From Phoronis australis (taxonomy: Eukaryota > Animalia > Phoronida): a stretch of DNA of 63,567 bases. Made by a program: the position numbers and the translations under genes. The notes beneath the pieces were generated by a model, which was not told where the DNA came from, searched no databases, and saw nothing but the letters and a program-made list of their open reading frames with translations. Below are positions 35,301-45,400 of this stretch, in pieces (position 1 is the stretch's first letter; the number at the start of each line of letters is the position of its first letter). The stretch is taken from assembly GCA_002633005.1 (NCBI GenBank), contig NMRA01000792.1, forward strand, positions 47,271 through 110,837. Direction: 5' to 3'.

Positions 35301-35914
35301 GTGCCGTGGAGCGGAATCGAATTTTCAATACTAGCTTTTTTATCTATGCTCGACGTCACAAAAGTCTAATCACGTGATCTCAGTGAGGTCTTGTTTACCT
35401 AATACAATTGCGGGCAGCCACCAACTCATATATTGTTTACATGTCACGAGAGTCTACAGCCCAGTTTCAGACTGTGTTGAGTTTTGATACTTATTCGACC
35501 AGGAACGTTTACTACGCGACACGTAGAATGAATATAATGATTTATCTTAGGCAAAATATTACGAGTACAAATAAATGAACTTGCACGGTTCAAATTTCAT
35601 GTTTTCAACGACGCTGTATTTGTTAAATCTGCTACAATCTATCACAAGTGCCGTGACCTATAAGTCTTTTGCACAAAGTTATTTAATCAGCATAACACGT
35701 TACTGTGCCTTCAGGACAACAAATCGATTTTACCTTTCCGATACACGCTGTACGCCTTGTTTTTCAGACCCGGAAAAGCGGCACACACTCTCTCTTTAAA
35801 GAATTCAAGCTTCTGATTTGAGATCTTATACGCAGGTATTTCTGTATCGAGAACGAAGCTTCTACTGTACCCGGACTCTTCGCTCCCTATGTGTACTTTG
35901 ACAGAAACACCCAT
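26317..35914 (-). CDS. Gene A: p62/SQSTM1-like PB1 + three ZZ zinc finger protein, about 293 aa, no UBA
   Basis: complement(join(26317-26376,27274-27455,29659-29829,32619-32810,33385-33480,35734-35914)); GT-AG introns with phases 1,1,1,1,0; 882 nt. The last exon is the least certain. Confidence 0.82.
26960..27042. repeat. Tandem duplication of a 41-42-bp unit
   Basis: GGCTTTGCGAATGCATACATTTCGTGGAAAAA(A)CAACGTAAA twice. Confidence 0.9.
27274..27455 (-). CDS. Gene A exon 5, ZZ3
   Basis: THPGIMCDGCQSFLRGTRYECLQCPDYDLCERCKTRGIHALHKFRCIPFPVRGE; GAG|GTAGGC donor, phase 0. Confidence 0.9.
28737..28796. repeat. Perfect palindrome, 29-bp arms with a 2-nt spacer
   Basis: AAGTACTGTGTGTCATTTACGAAACATTT-TT-AAATGTTTCGTAAATGACACACAGTACTT. 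Confidence 0.95.
29659..29829 (-). CDS. Gene A exon 4, ZZ2 (171 nt)
   Basis: HHGVTCDACKCAVYGARYKCIDCPNYDLCGKCKAEGHHQQHRFYC. Confidence 0.9.
30705..31016. repeat. Degenerate (CAT)n microsatellite
   Basis: CATCATCATCAT runs; explains the His/Ser-rich spurious ORF. Confidence 0.9.
32619..32810 (-). CDS. Gene A exon 3, ZZ1
   Basis: [51 protein letters not shown] acceptor. Confidence 0.9.
33385..33480 (-). CDS. Gene A exon 2, PB1 C-terminal half (96 nt)
   Basis: GTGGEYVVIDNDTDLEDALDSLSGNTFSVYVR; TTGCAG acceptor, T|GTAAGT donor. Confidence 0.85.
35734..35914 (-). CDS. Gene A exon 1, PB1 N-terminal half
   Basis: MGVSVKVHIGSEESGYSRSFVLD...FFKERVCAAFPGLKNKAYSVYRK; p62-like VK..R.F..FP.L pattern; G|GTAAAA donor. 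Confidence 0.85.
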
Positions 35915-35977
35915 AGTTTTCCTTGCTTGAGAAACGTTTATTGCGTCGCTAATAATTCAATGTTGACAAATAGCATA

Positions 35978-35988
35978 GGGGTTTTCCC
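35978..35988. promoter_or_regulatory. NF-kappaB/Rel site upstream of gene A
   Basis: GGGGTTTTCCC fits GGGRNWYYCC; about 64 bp upstream of the ATG. Confidence 0.7.
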
Positions 35989-36069
35989 AAATCCTAACCT
36001 CGTTCCCGTTTCCAACAAGCTGTTGGTTACGGCCCAGGCGTTCTAGATTATGGAAATACCTAGAATATC

Positions 36070-36081
36070 GAAAGTGAAAGT
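36070..36081. promoter_or_regulatory. IRF-E/ISRE-like site upstream of gene A
   Basis: GAAAGTGAAAGT fits the tandem GAAANNGAAA IRF consensus. Confidence 0.65.
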
Positions 36082-36745
36082 AACCCGATGTTAGAGATTC
36101 TGCAACTCAAACGAACTCAAATGAAATGCCTGTTCGACATTAATTTGGAGATACCTTCTCCTATTCATTGTCCGCCATTAGCCTGAAACAATATTCACAA
36201 AAATTAGGCAGAAAGTTAACTGTCTGCTTCATGAACGCATTCAGCCTAAAATTTGGGGGGGGCCTCGAATTTTTGAGTATGTGGACACTTTCCTAAAAAA
36301 ACAGGGTACGTTCAGAGCTTTGAATAGTGAACATAGTCAAACATGGTACATGTAGTTCCTGCCTTTTTAGCGGACTTTTGTCTCGTTTTCTACTTTTTCG
36401 GACTTTGTGTTTCACCGGCTGAGACGAACCTGTTTGCCCTCTTCGCCAAATAAGGGAGGGGCTCGTTCGCAGCCCCCCCGGGAGGGGGGGGCGCCCATGT
36501 ACTTGACAAAAATGTCCTCAACTATTGTTTTTTATACTGAGTGTTTTCTGAACGCCACCGAGTTTTAAACCGAGGAGTAAAATTAAGCGCTTCATCATTT
36601 ACTAGTCTCGTTTTAGAATTTATTGTATTTACCATCAAATTTATTTATTGTACAAGTTATGCCGAAGTATCTTAATCAAAAGATCTTTCGAAATTCAAAA
36701 CAAGGTGTAATGTTATCCCTCTTCCGGTGACGTCATGGTTCTAAC

Positions 36746-36900
36746 CTGCCTCCCGTTCAGTAACGCTAGGACCTCGCTAAAAAGCAAGACTTCGCGAGAT
36801 TACGTGAGATATTGCCGTGCATTTTAAATGAGAACACGTGACTTTGACTAGGTTTTAGCTAGGTCCTAGCGTAGGTCCTAGCGTCTACTGAACGCACGCC
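36746..36900. mobile_element. Approximately 155-bp MITE; second copy inverted at 51790-51943
   Basis: TIR CGTTCAGTA(G)ACGCTAGGACCT at both ends; the two copies are closely similar. Confidence 0.85.
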
Positions 36901-37954
36901 TGGATATATACATGTACATGTATAGTTCAATAACTCTAGGGCCTCGGTAGAAAAACGCAAGATAACGCGATATGCATGTATTGGCGTGTACTTTTAATGA
37001 GAGTACGTGATTTTGGCTCGATTTTTCTTGTCGCCAGACAACTATTGAACTCTACCCTGTTTCTGCCCTTCGCTAATCCTAATCAACGTGAACGTGGTTT
37101 TACACATGAAAAGATAAACGTACATGTAGTTTGTGAAAATCTGTGCAACAAGAGGGCGCTTTTGTCCCACTGCGGTGGGGGAAAGCGGGTTACTTCTCCG
37201 TGTAACTAATCTCTTTTCGATATTTAAAAACACTCTACTGTGTTTTTCGTCAGAATGTGTCTTGAAAATATGTATCAAAAGCAATTTGGTCCAACATTTT
37301 CCTATGAACTTACCTGTTTTTGGTAAAGATATGGAAAATAATATACAGCACTTACGTGACGCCTAGAGCAGTGACCTCAGTGTGGACGAATTGCTGACAA
37401 ATTGGTGTACAAAGTCCACAAGTAAATTCTACACTCTTTCTACGTGTAATTTCAAAAATTATTTACTTTTAAGCCGAGCTTGGAAGACGTTTGCTTAAAA
37501 GATCATTATTGGTTTTACTGACGAAAACGCATGATTGGGATTATTGTGGAATGGGTTAGACGTCTTGAAATCATCACCTTTAACAAGAGCTACGAAACAG
37601 CACAACCCTGTGGGTCTTTGTGACGTCATTACAAATCGCTATTCTTCCATGCCCGCCGGGCATTCACTGAAAGCAAGACCGATTTCATGACAGTTTAAGT
37701 ACCCCTAAACTAAAACACGCTGTTATCAAACGCTAACGAGGCTTGGTTCAGAGGCCGGCAGAATGTTCGCCGGCCCTTGTAATTGCTAAGGTAGTGGAGT
37801 CGATACCGGACAGTAATGCAAATACCTATGAAATTATTTTCCACGCCGAGATTGACCCTTTAGTATCAATTTCTGACAGAATCTATAGAATCAAAAAGTT
37901 CTACATGACCGGTCATAGAATTGTCTGAAATTTTACCTGTGGATTCTCAAAGCA

Positions 37955-38030
37955 GTGGGGCTAGCTAGTGTGATGCGTGCCTTCCTTCTTTGCTTAGGGT
38001 TATGGGTTCAAGTCCCATTGCGGCACATTA
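37955..38030 (+). mobile_element. Decayed tRNA-derived SINE-like head
   Basis: B-box-like GGGTTCAAGTCCC; no complete cloverleaf. Confidence 0.3.
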
Positions 38031-40597
38031 CTAGACACATGAGTAAGGTGTCAAGTTCCTTAGATCGACTTTAAGTACGCATTAATAAAGCATATAAATG
38101 GTTCCAGATGGTCAGTGAAATGGGCCAACCTGAGGGGCCTGCGCACGTTTGGCACAACGTGTACCACAGTACACGGCCTGAAATTACGTTTTATCTACCT
38201 CAGATGATACTTATTGACCGCTCCGTCTATTTTTATATCCCCTGAAATTTTTACTTGGAACATGCAAAATTTTCAGCTCAAGATGACCGCTTTTTGTAAC
38301 AGGACAAAACCGTGTAAATTAGGGACTGATATTCGCTACTGTGTAGGCTTTAAAGAATAATATTCGTCCCCAAAANCCCCTGTGACAGACGGTGTAGAAC
38401 CAACCGTGTGCTCTCAAAAATTGTTACTTAGGCGGGCATCAGTTCTCCACGAAGTTTGGCTTCGAAGTGCGTGCAACTAACGAAAAAAGAATGGTGACTG
38501 AGAACGCCAATGTACGTTAAGGTGATGTGAGAAATCATCTGATGGATATAGTCTAACAAAGGGGCGGGCTCTATGCACTTATTCACCCAATCAAGAAACA
38601 CGAAAAAGTTTGAATGACGTCACAAAATCTTGATGTAGACCCTTACCATTATGGAATTTAAGTTTGTCAAAATGTTGGTGTCACGTCTGAAAAGTCGGAA
38701 TTCTGAGTTACATGCATATCGTGGTTTTGTGTAAAATAAATTAGTTTTTGTTAGTTGGGTTAAAAGAAACCTGATCAACTGTACTGACATTTAGCACAGA
38801 GATAGATGGCGGGATGTGCCGGACCGGCAACAGTCGGTATTCGGACAGATTTGGTTACCGTAGCACCCCTTGTTGGTCATTTTAGTTTTTGACAAGACAG
38901 GTTGATTATCTCAAAAAACGCTTGGCACGTCTGCATGGCACAAAGATAACTAGACGGCGGATACGGATGCGGTTTTCGTTTTGATTCGACCACCCTGTTG
39001 GCTGCTTAGTTTTCGACACATTCGAGCAGACAGCTAGTTCGTGACCATAACAGATCATCATGTCTGTCTTAAAGGCAATTTGTTTACAAGTGTTGCTACC
39101 TCTGTAGGAAGTTTGAAATAGTGAGCACCCCTAGCATCTGCAATGCCCACGAAGGGCGCATATCAACATTCTTGTTCATTAATAGCTATTCACTAGAAAG
39201 CATGTGTGACTTTTTATTCCTTGCCTGGGAGGAAGCTGGTGTTGTGTCTGCTAGACCGTTCTCGGCTCACGAAACACGAAAATGTCTGAAGAGAATAAAA
39301 TCTAACATGTACATTACCATGTATAAATGAAGCATAATTTAAAAAAGTAATGTGTGTGGTTGTATTTTATAGTTCAACCTAATTAAAAATGATGGGAGGT
39401 GGGTTGGAGACGTAAAAGAACATTATGGGCGGTGGGTAAAAAAATGAAAAAGTCTCCGACCTCCCATACGTTTTTTACTGGAACAGCCTTTACCGAATCG
39501 ACCAAAAGCCATGCTAAACCTGATATATTATGGTATATTATGGAAGTCGCCATACCATCTCTACGCGTAGTAAAATTCACCCGATGAATTTAAAGAACTT
39601 CGTCACAAGCATTACACACTTTTCACGCGAGCCAGTGCGAATTTTTTGTCACTAAAGACGCCAGTTGGTTGTAATGATGGAGATTCATTGTCTAGAGACA
39701 CGTTCAAACAAAAAGTCTAGAGACGACAATTCATCCTTTGCCGTGACAGCTGAACCATCGTTATTGCTTAGTTTACGAGTGCACCGATAAACTCTGACCG
39801 AGACCAAAAATGCATATGCGCTACCTGCTAAGTGTTGCCAAAGCTACATGTACAGTGCACATGTAGTTAGCAGTAGAGGCGGTATACGTACACAAAACGT
39901 ACGTAGATGAAGTAATGTCCCACGAGATTTTATTATTCCACGTGTCGCCATCGACTGAGACAGTAGGTCGATATCGATACGCGGCATAACTTATGTCGAG
40001 TGGGATATTACTTCATGTATGCCTTTCTAGGTACGTTTTGTATTTATGGTATACACTCTGAATTCTTAACTTTCTTTTAATTTTTGCGAGACTGTTCTTT
40101 AATTTTTTCGAGACTGTTCACGTGGCGGATCACATCCGGTCCTTTCTGTATGTGCTCGTGGGTTATGTTACAAGTTTTCTCTAGTCAAAGAAACAGTTTT
40201 AAATGTAACAATTTGTTATCTGAAAAGAGATAATAAAGATGAAAACATCGGTAAATTTGCATTGAACTTGTAACATTTCCTGAATTCGGCGCCTGAGCTG
40301 CAGATGATATAATATTTAGCAAGTAAACTGAGACAAATTTTTACCAGATGTTATGTTTGGGACCTGACTGCATGTTGAGTGTTATTTAAACTGCTGCAAT
40401 TTTATTTTGCGAAAGTTTGATAATTGAACCGGCTAACGACGTCGAGTCAACCTTGAACTACCTTTTGAATTTTCCAGAGGGCAATGTTCAGATGTTGGAC
40501 AATGCAATATGGAAATTGCCGTATTGCACTCGATTTATTCAACGCGTACTGGATAAAAGATCATATACTATGAAGAATACCATGTATAAGCAAAGAT

Positions 40598-40603
40598 TTT
40601 ATT
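40598..40603 (-). terminator. Candidate poly(A) signal of gene B (paralogous site in gene C at 57635-57640)
   Basis: AATAAA on the minus strand at the aligned position in both paralogs. Confidence 0.5.
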
Positions 40604-42462
40604 ACACATGAAACTCTACACGTGGGTGACAATCTGCCCCTGATGAAAAAGGACGGTACATACGCTGACAACAACCCTAGAGAGCTGAATTCAGACTTAC
40701 AGTACTTAACATTCACCACAAAAGTTTTGCAATAAAATTGTGCTTTGTAAGTACATTTGTGAGTTGTAAAAATTGTTGCAGTTCGTGGTATGAGATTTTT
40801 CTGATGAATGGAAAGGATTGTGCAATTTCTAGTAGTATACTCTTCGACACTTGCTTGACTCCATGTATAAAAATGAAACGAACTGAGAACAGAGTGTATT
40901 TCAAAACAAAACCATTCCATGAACATGTTGTTTTTATTGATTTTGATTTTTTTGTTTTCCGTCCGTCCCTCTGCCCGCGCATGTCGATTAATTGTACCTG
41001 AAACCCAGTTTCACCAATGAAATTTCAAATCGAATTTGGGAATGAAAACTCCCCGGGTGTTTTTGTCCGTAACTGGCCGAAACTCAGATCCTGGTTATAG
41101 CTGTGGTATTTTTGCTTTCACGTGCGTTGTTATATCGTTTCTGTGTTCGCCAATTACAGGAGTAATCACTTGTATGTGGTGTGGAAGTATGAAACAGCAT
41201 ATTATTCACGGCTTTAATAATAATTATTTGTTGAAAGTGATGGTGTACAACAGACGTGATTAAACGGCATTAAAGAGCATTCGTCGTCAGTATGCAGTTC
41301 GCGAAAAAAGGTGTTGCTTTACATAAGGCTACACAGTGATACGCATATGAACAGTGAAAAATTGAAAAATGTGCCAACACCAAGAACTAGTCCGTAATAT
41401 CTATAAGCAAAAAATCCAAAATTCAGCTGGTAACATATTTTAGATCCCCATGGCAACATCTATATCTAAATATAAGCATAATGTATTGTTAATTGTACAT
41501 GTAAGTACTAGCTCTTTAAGACACATCAAAACGTCAGAATCTTAGACCGATACACATTTGTAAGCCAACGCTAGAGGCCGCTGAATCCGGTCCGACTGGT
41601 ACATGTATCTCCACAGGCCGTATGTTCAGACTTGAAAAAGGACATCAGTAGCAACAACAAGCGACCATTTGGATTTTTGATATAATCGGGCTTCATTTCG
41701 TCTGCCTTCTTTTCCCATAAATTTTCACCGTGTAGAAAAATTTTGGCGGAATCGCGAAATCTTGACTTTCAAAAGATGAGAGTTTGACCCTTCCAGGTGA
41801 GTCGGACCAGAGCCATGAAATGGTCTCGACATGCTAGTGACTGACATATTAGTAACAAAGAATCCCTCTTTTGAGCTGTTTCGAACTAAAAAATTATATG
41901 TATGAAGCATTCTTTTAAGAAGATTAAGCAATCAAATGAACAACCAAAGGAACTTTAGAACAATTAAAAGAACGCTATACAGGGGGGAACAATTCTATTC
42001 AAATGATACCGAGAATCTTAGTTTTCAATGAAAGGCCGGATATCAACTCAAGTCATAGCAACATAGGTCAAAAAAGTTTGTCATCCCGCCGTGGCCTGAC
42101 AGCCGATCAAAATGGTAACTTATGCTATTGGTTCTTATTTTATGAAACTGAATTTTTTTCTTCCTGACTGATTTTCTATAAGTATGGGCGGCGCAGCACA
42201 CAAAAAGTGAGTGGGGTAGGTATAGCCCGAGCCCCCTTGTGGTGCACTTCCCATAGACCATGGGGGGCGTAGCACTAGAAAGTGGGGGTATAGCCCCCCA
42301 CCCCTCTCTGTGGTGCGCCGCCAGTGATTAAGATACCTCTATGGTTACGATTGGTGAGCTATAAACAACCCAAAATGTGATTGAACAGAAGACAATCCTC
42401 AAAGATCCAAGCAGCGCATATTTTATATTCTTCGACCAATCCACTTCCCTCTACCTCTTAGC

Positions 42463-42489
42463 TCAGCAAACCAGTATGTTAAACTCCAG
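42463..42489 (-). CDS. Gene B terminal coding exon (LEFNILVC*)
   Basis: Branch-like CTGAC plus TTTCTGTTTTAG acceptor, phase 0; acceptor and coding segment are nearly identical in gene C. Confidence 0.7.
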   Translation of the reverse strand: MEFNILVC

Positions 42490-45400
42490 CTAAAACAGAA
42501 AATGTCAGTTTAGAGAGGATTACTTGAGTATAGACTTGGTGACCTTCATTCATCTTCAAACCGGCGGTGAAAATGAATCTTGAGAGCCACGGAGTAGTGC
42601 GGGCAAAGGACAGGCAATTTATGCTTGTTTTCCTAACACAGACGCCCTGAAGAAGAAACTTTGCTAGAGACCACGTCTGGTTGAATTCATGAATTCCCAC
42701 GTCTCGCGGAACAACCTGTTTATCCTATTTTAATCGGACAACTTCAAAGTTGTCTGTTAATGAAGTTGGGCAAGTTTTGTAATCGGAATTTAGCATGAAC
42801 AAAAGGTTAAATGCCGATATCTAGGCATTATTTTATGAGCAGGATTTCTAGGCATTATCTTATGAGCAAGATTTCTAATCATGACTCTGCCAGTCATTCT
42901 CACTAACTGCAACTGCAGTCTCTCACACAACTTGAGACATGACACGTCAACTACCGCCACCTAGGTTTTACCGAAGCAGTTATTTTCAAGCAGAAGGTCA
43001 GACTTGACTCCAATATACATTAGGTCATTGTTTGTCTCATCATCGCACGGTATGTTCATGTTGACAACCTGTTAAATTTGAAAAGCACATTACTAGGGAA
43101 GCACGCACCTCATCATCAGTCTGCGGAAACTGGAGGCATTTGAACTGGTGTTGTTTGTGAACACCATTCGTGCGGCACTGGTAACACAGATTGTAGCCGA
43201 TGCACTGTAGGCACTCAAACCGGATTCCACAGATTGCGGCGTTACAAAATCCACACGTGAATCCATGGTGATAAATCCAGTACTCTTTGGGAACTAAAAC
43301 GAAAAGCGGCAGCGTAGCGAAAGGAATGTGTTCCATACATGCGTGACAGACCTGAAGCCGCGTTACTCTCACTGAGCAAGACGTAATACCTAACAAATTT
43401 CAACAACAAAACTATACTTTTAACTATCACGAACACTACACATCTTCTGAAAATATGAATGCTGTAGATTTTGAATTTTGACTTTTCACCAACCTGACGC
43501 CAACTGAGTCACATGCCTTTTTATTAACATTGCTATGAATGGCAGCACAATATAACGGAAAATGTTGATAAACCGTACTGGGTTACTGATGTTAAGAAAT
43601 TGCTATTTCAGTTTGGTTTTGGAGAAGCATGGTGCAGTCAGGGTGTAGGGCCCGAGACAAGCTTAATATCAATTTTTGAACAGAGATGCAAAGATATTGA
43701 TCAGCAAAATTGGCAAGAAATTTTGAACAATTCGATTTTTCATTTAAAGGAAACACACTTTAGCAAAGGGCTAATATACAGCATGGTCATCTACAGGTCT
43801 TCATTCACTCCCTTGCACACATTCACAAATAAGACGGAGCTCGAAGGAATAGGAGACACCTTTGTGCAAAGCTCGAATGTCAGCCAGTGAAGCCAGCAAA
43901 AACCCAGGTCTATAATGCGGGAGTACGGAGCTCCAACCACCGAGCCAAACTGTCTCCTCTAAGCTGGAAACTTACAGAGCTTTTAAGTTAATCATATGTT
44001 TTGAAAATTGTTTAGATGTAATTGGACAATGTAAATGTTAGATCTGATATGGTAAGATTAAGATGTTCAGCCCACTTGAAACTTGACAGACCAGAAAGAT
44101 TACTTCCTCGCTATGTTAGATCTTGTGTGAGTCAGAATATCATTTTGTTACTGACATTTTTTCTACGCTGATCTTAGGAAACGAAATTTGCCTGCATGGA
44201 CCTACAACAATCCCTGGCCAATGTTACAAACTTCAACAGACTTATGACTATGGAGGAAAAAGGGTCTTATATGGTAACATGTAAATGTGCTCATTTCGCA
44301 TTTAAGCGAAGACGTGTTTGACACTTACCTTTATTGTATTTGATGATTTGATTGTAACAAGGACGGAGCCCTAGTTATTGAATATATACATGTACATACC
44401 TACATGTACATATACCTACATGTACATACATACATACATGTACACACATACATACATACATACATACATACATACATACATACATAATATGTATAAAGTC
44501 ATAAGTTATACAACGGTGGAGCGTCAGTATAAATGGCCGCACACTGTTTATACTGTACATGTATGTATAGCAAAATTGTACGATGCGGTTGACTTGTTAC
44601 CATCGAGGTCTGCAACGAGAGACGTCTGACATGACACCAGGTTTTTGGATACTGAAAAAAAGTCTCACATTTAGTTTGTTGTAAAATGCAACAATGATGA
44701 TTTTATAATTCTGCATATTTGCTAAATGTTCCATGAAGAAGTTTTGGATGCTTCCACTTCGCATGACGTCAATAAATTTTTACCATGTAATTGTTAGTAC
44801 AGCACAGTGTTGAAATAATTGACGAAAAAAGTGTGAGCGACTGGCAATTTCGGGTATAAGTTTAATTTATTGAAACAAATGATATATCAAATTGGGCACC
44901 AAATGACATCAATCTGTACAGGTATATTTTAAATTACTTGTGCATTAGTTAACACTGTACACTGTGCTGTGGACCTCTGCGTTGAAACTAAACATACATA
45001 CTGGACCATAATATTTGTACAAAGAACATGTTTCTGTCATTTCTATTGCCACGAGTTTCACCAACACTAAGTGTCGATTGTCACCTTTTCCCCATTTGCT
45101 ACTCAATGATGCTAGGTATCGGTACGCGCCATCAACACTTTTAAAAACCCTTCACACCATGGTCATTAATGCTTTGATTCGGTTACCAACGATTTTGGTA
45201 TAGTGTTTAAAAACTCCTTCTTCAATTTGTGCACTTTTAATCAAGAAATCATCCCAAAAACATAAAAATTTAAACTTTTGTGTGACGTCATCAGTGGCCC
45301 GGTCTCCGCCACTTTGTTGCTCTACACCAAATGCTCGCCGAAGTGGCCTCGAAAACTGAGTTCGACTGAGTATTATGAAAATTTACATGTGCAGTGGACG

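Larger units (their letters stand above)
40080..43300. repeat. Paralogous segment (gene B last ZZ exon, terminal exon, 3'UTR and flank), homologous to 57065-60145
   Basis: Many colinear shared blocks, e.g. GACTGTTCACGT, ACAAGTTTTCTCTAG, CCAGATGTTATGTTT, AATGAAAACTCCCCGGGTGTTTTTGTCCG, GCTTTCACGTGCGTTGTTATATCGTTTCTGTGTTCG, CTCAGCAAACCAGTATGTTAAACTCC. Confidence 0.9.

Noticed and set aside
42479-42646. Longer terminal exon for gene B (GVCVRKTSIN...)
   Set aside because: Its acceptor and frame are not conserved in gene C, whereas the 42489 acceptor and EFNILVC* are; not fully excluded without cDNA.
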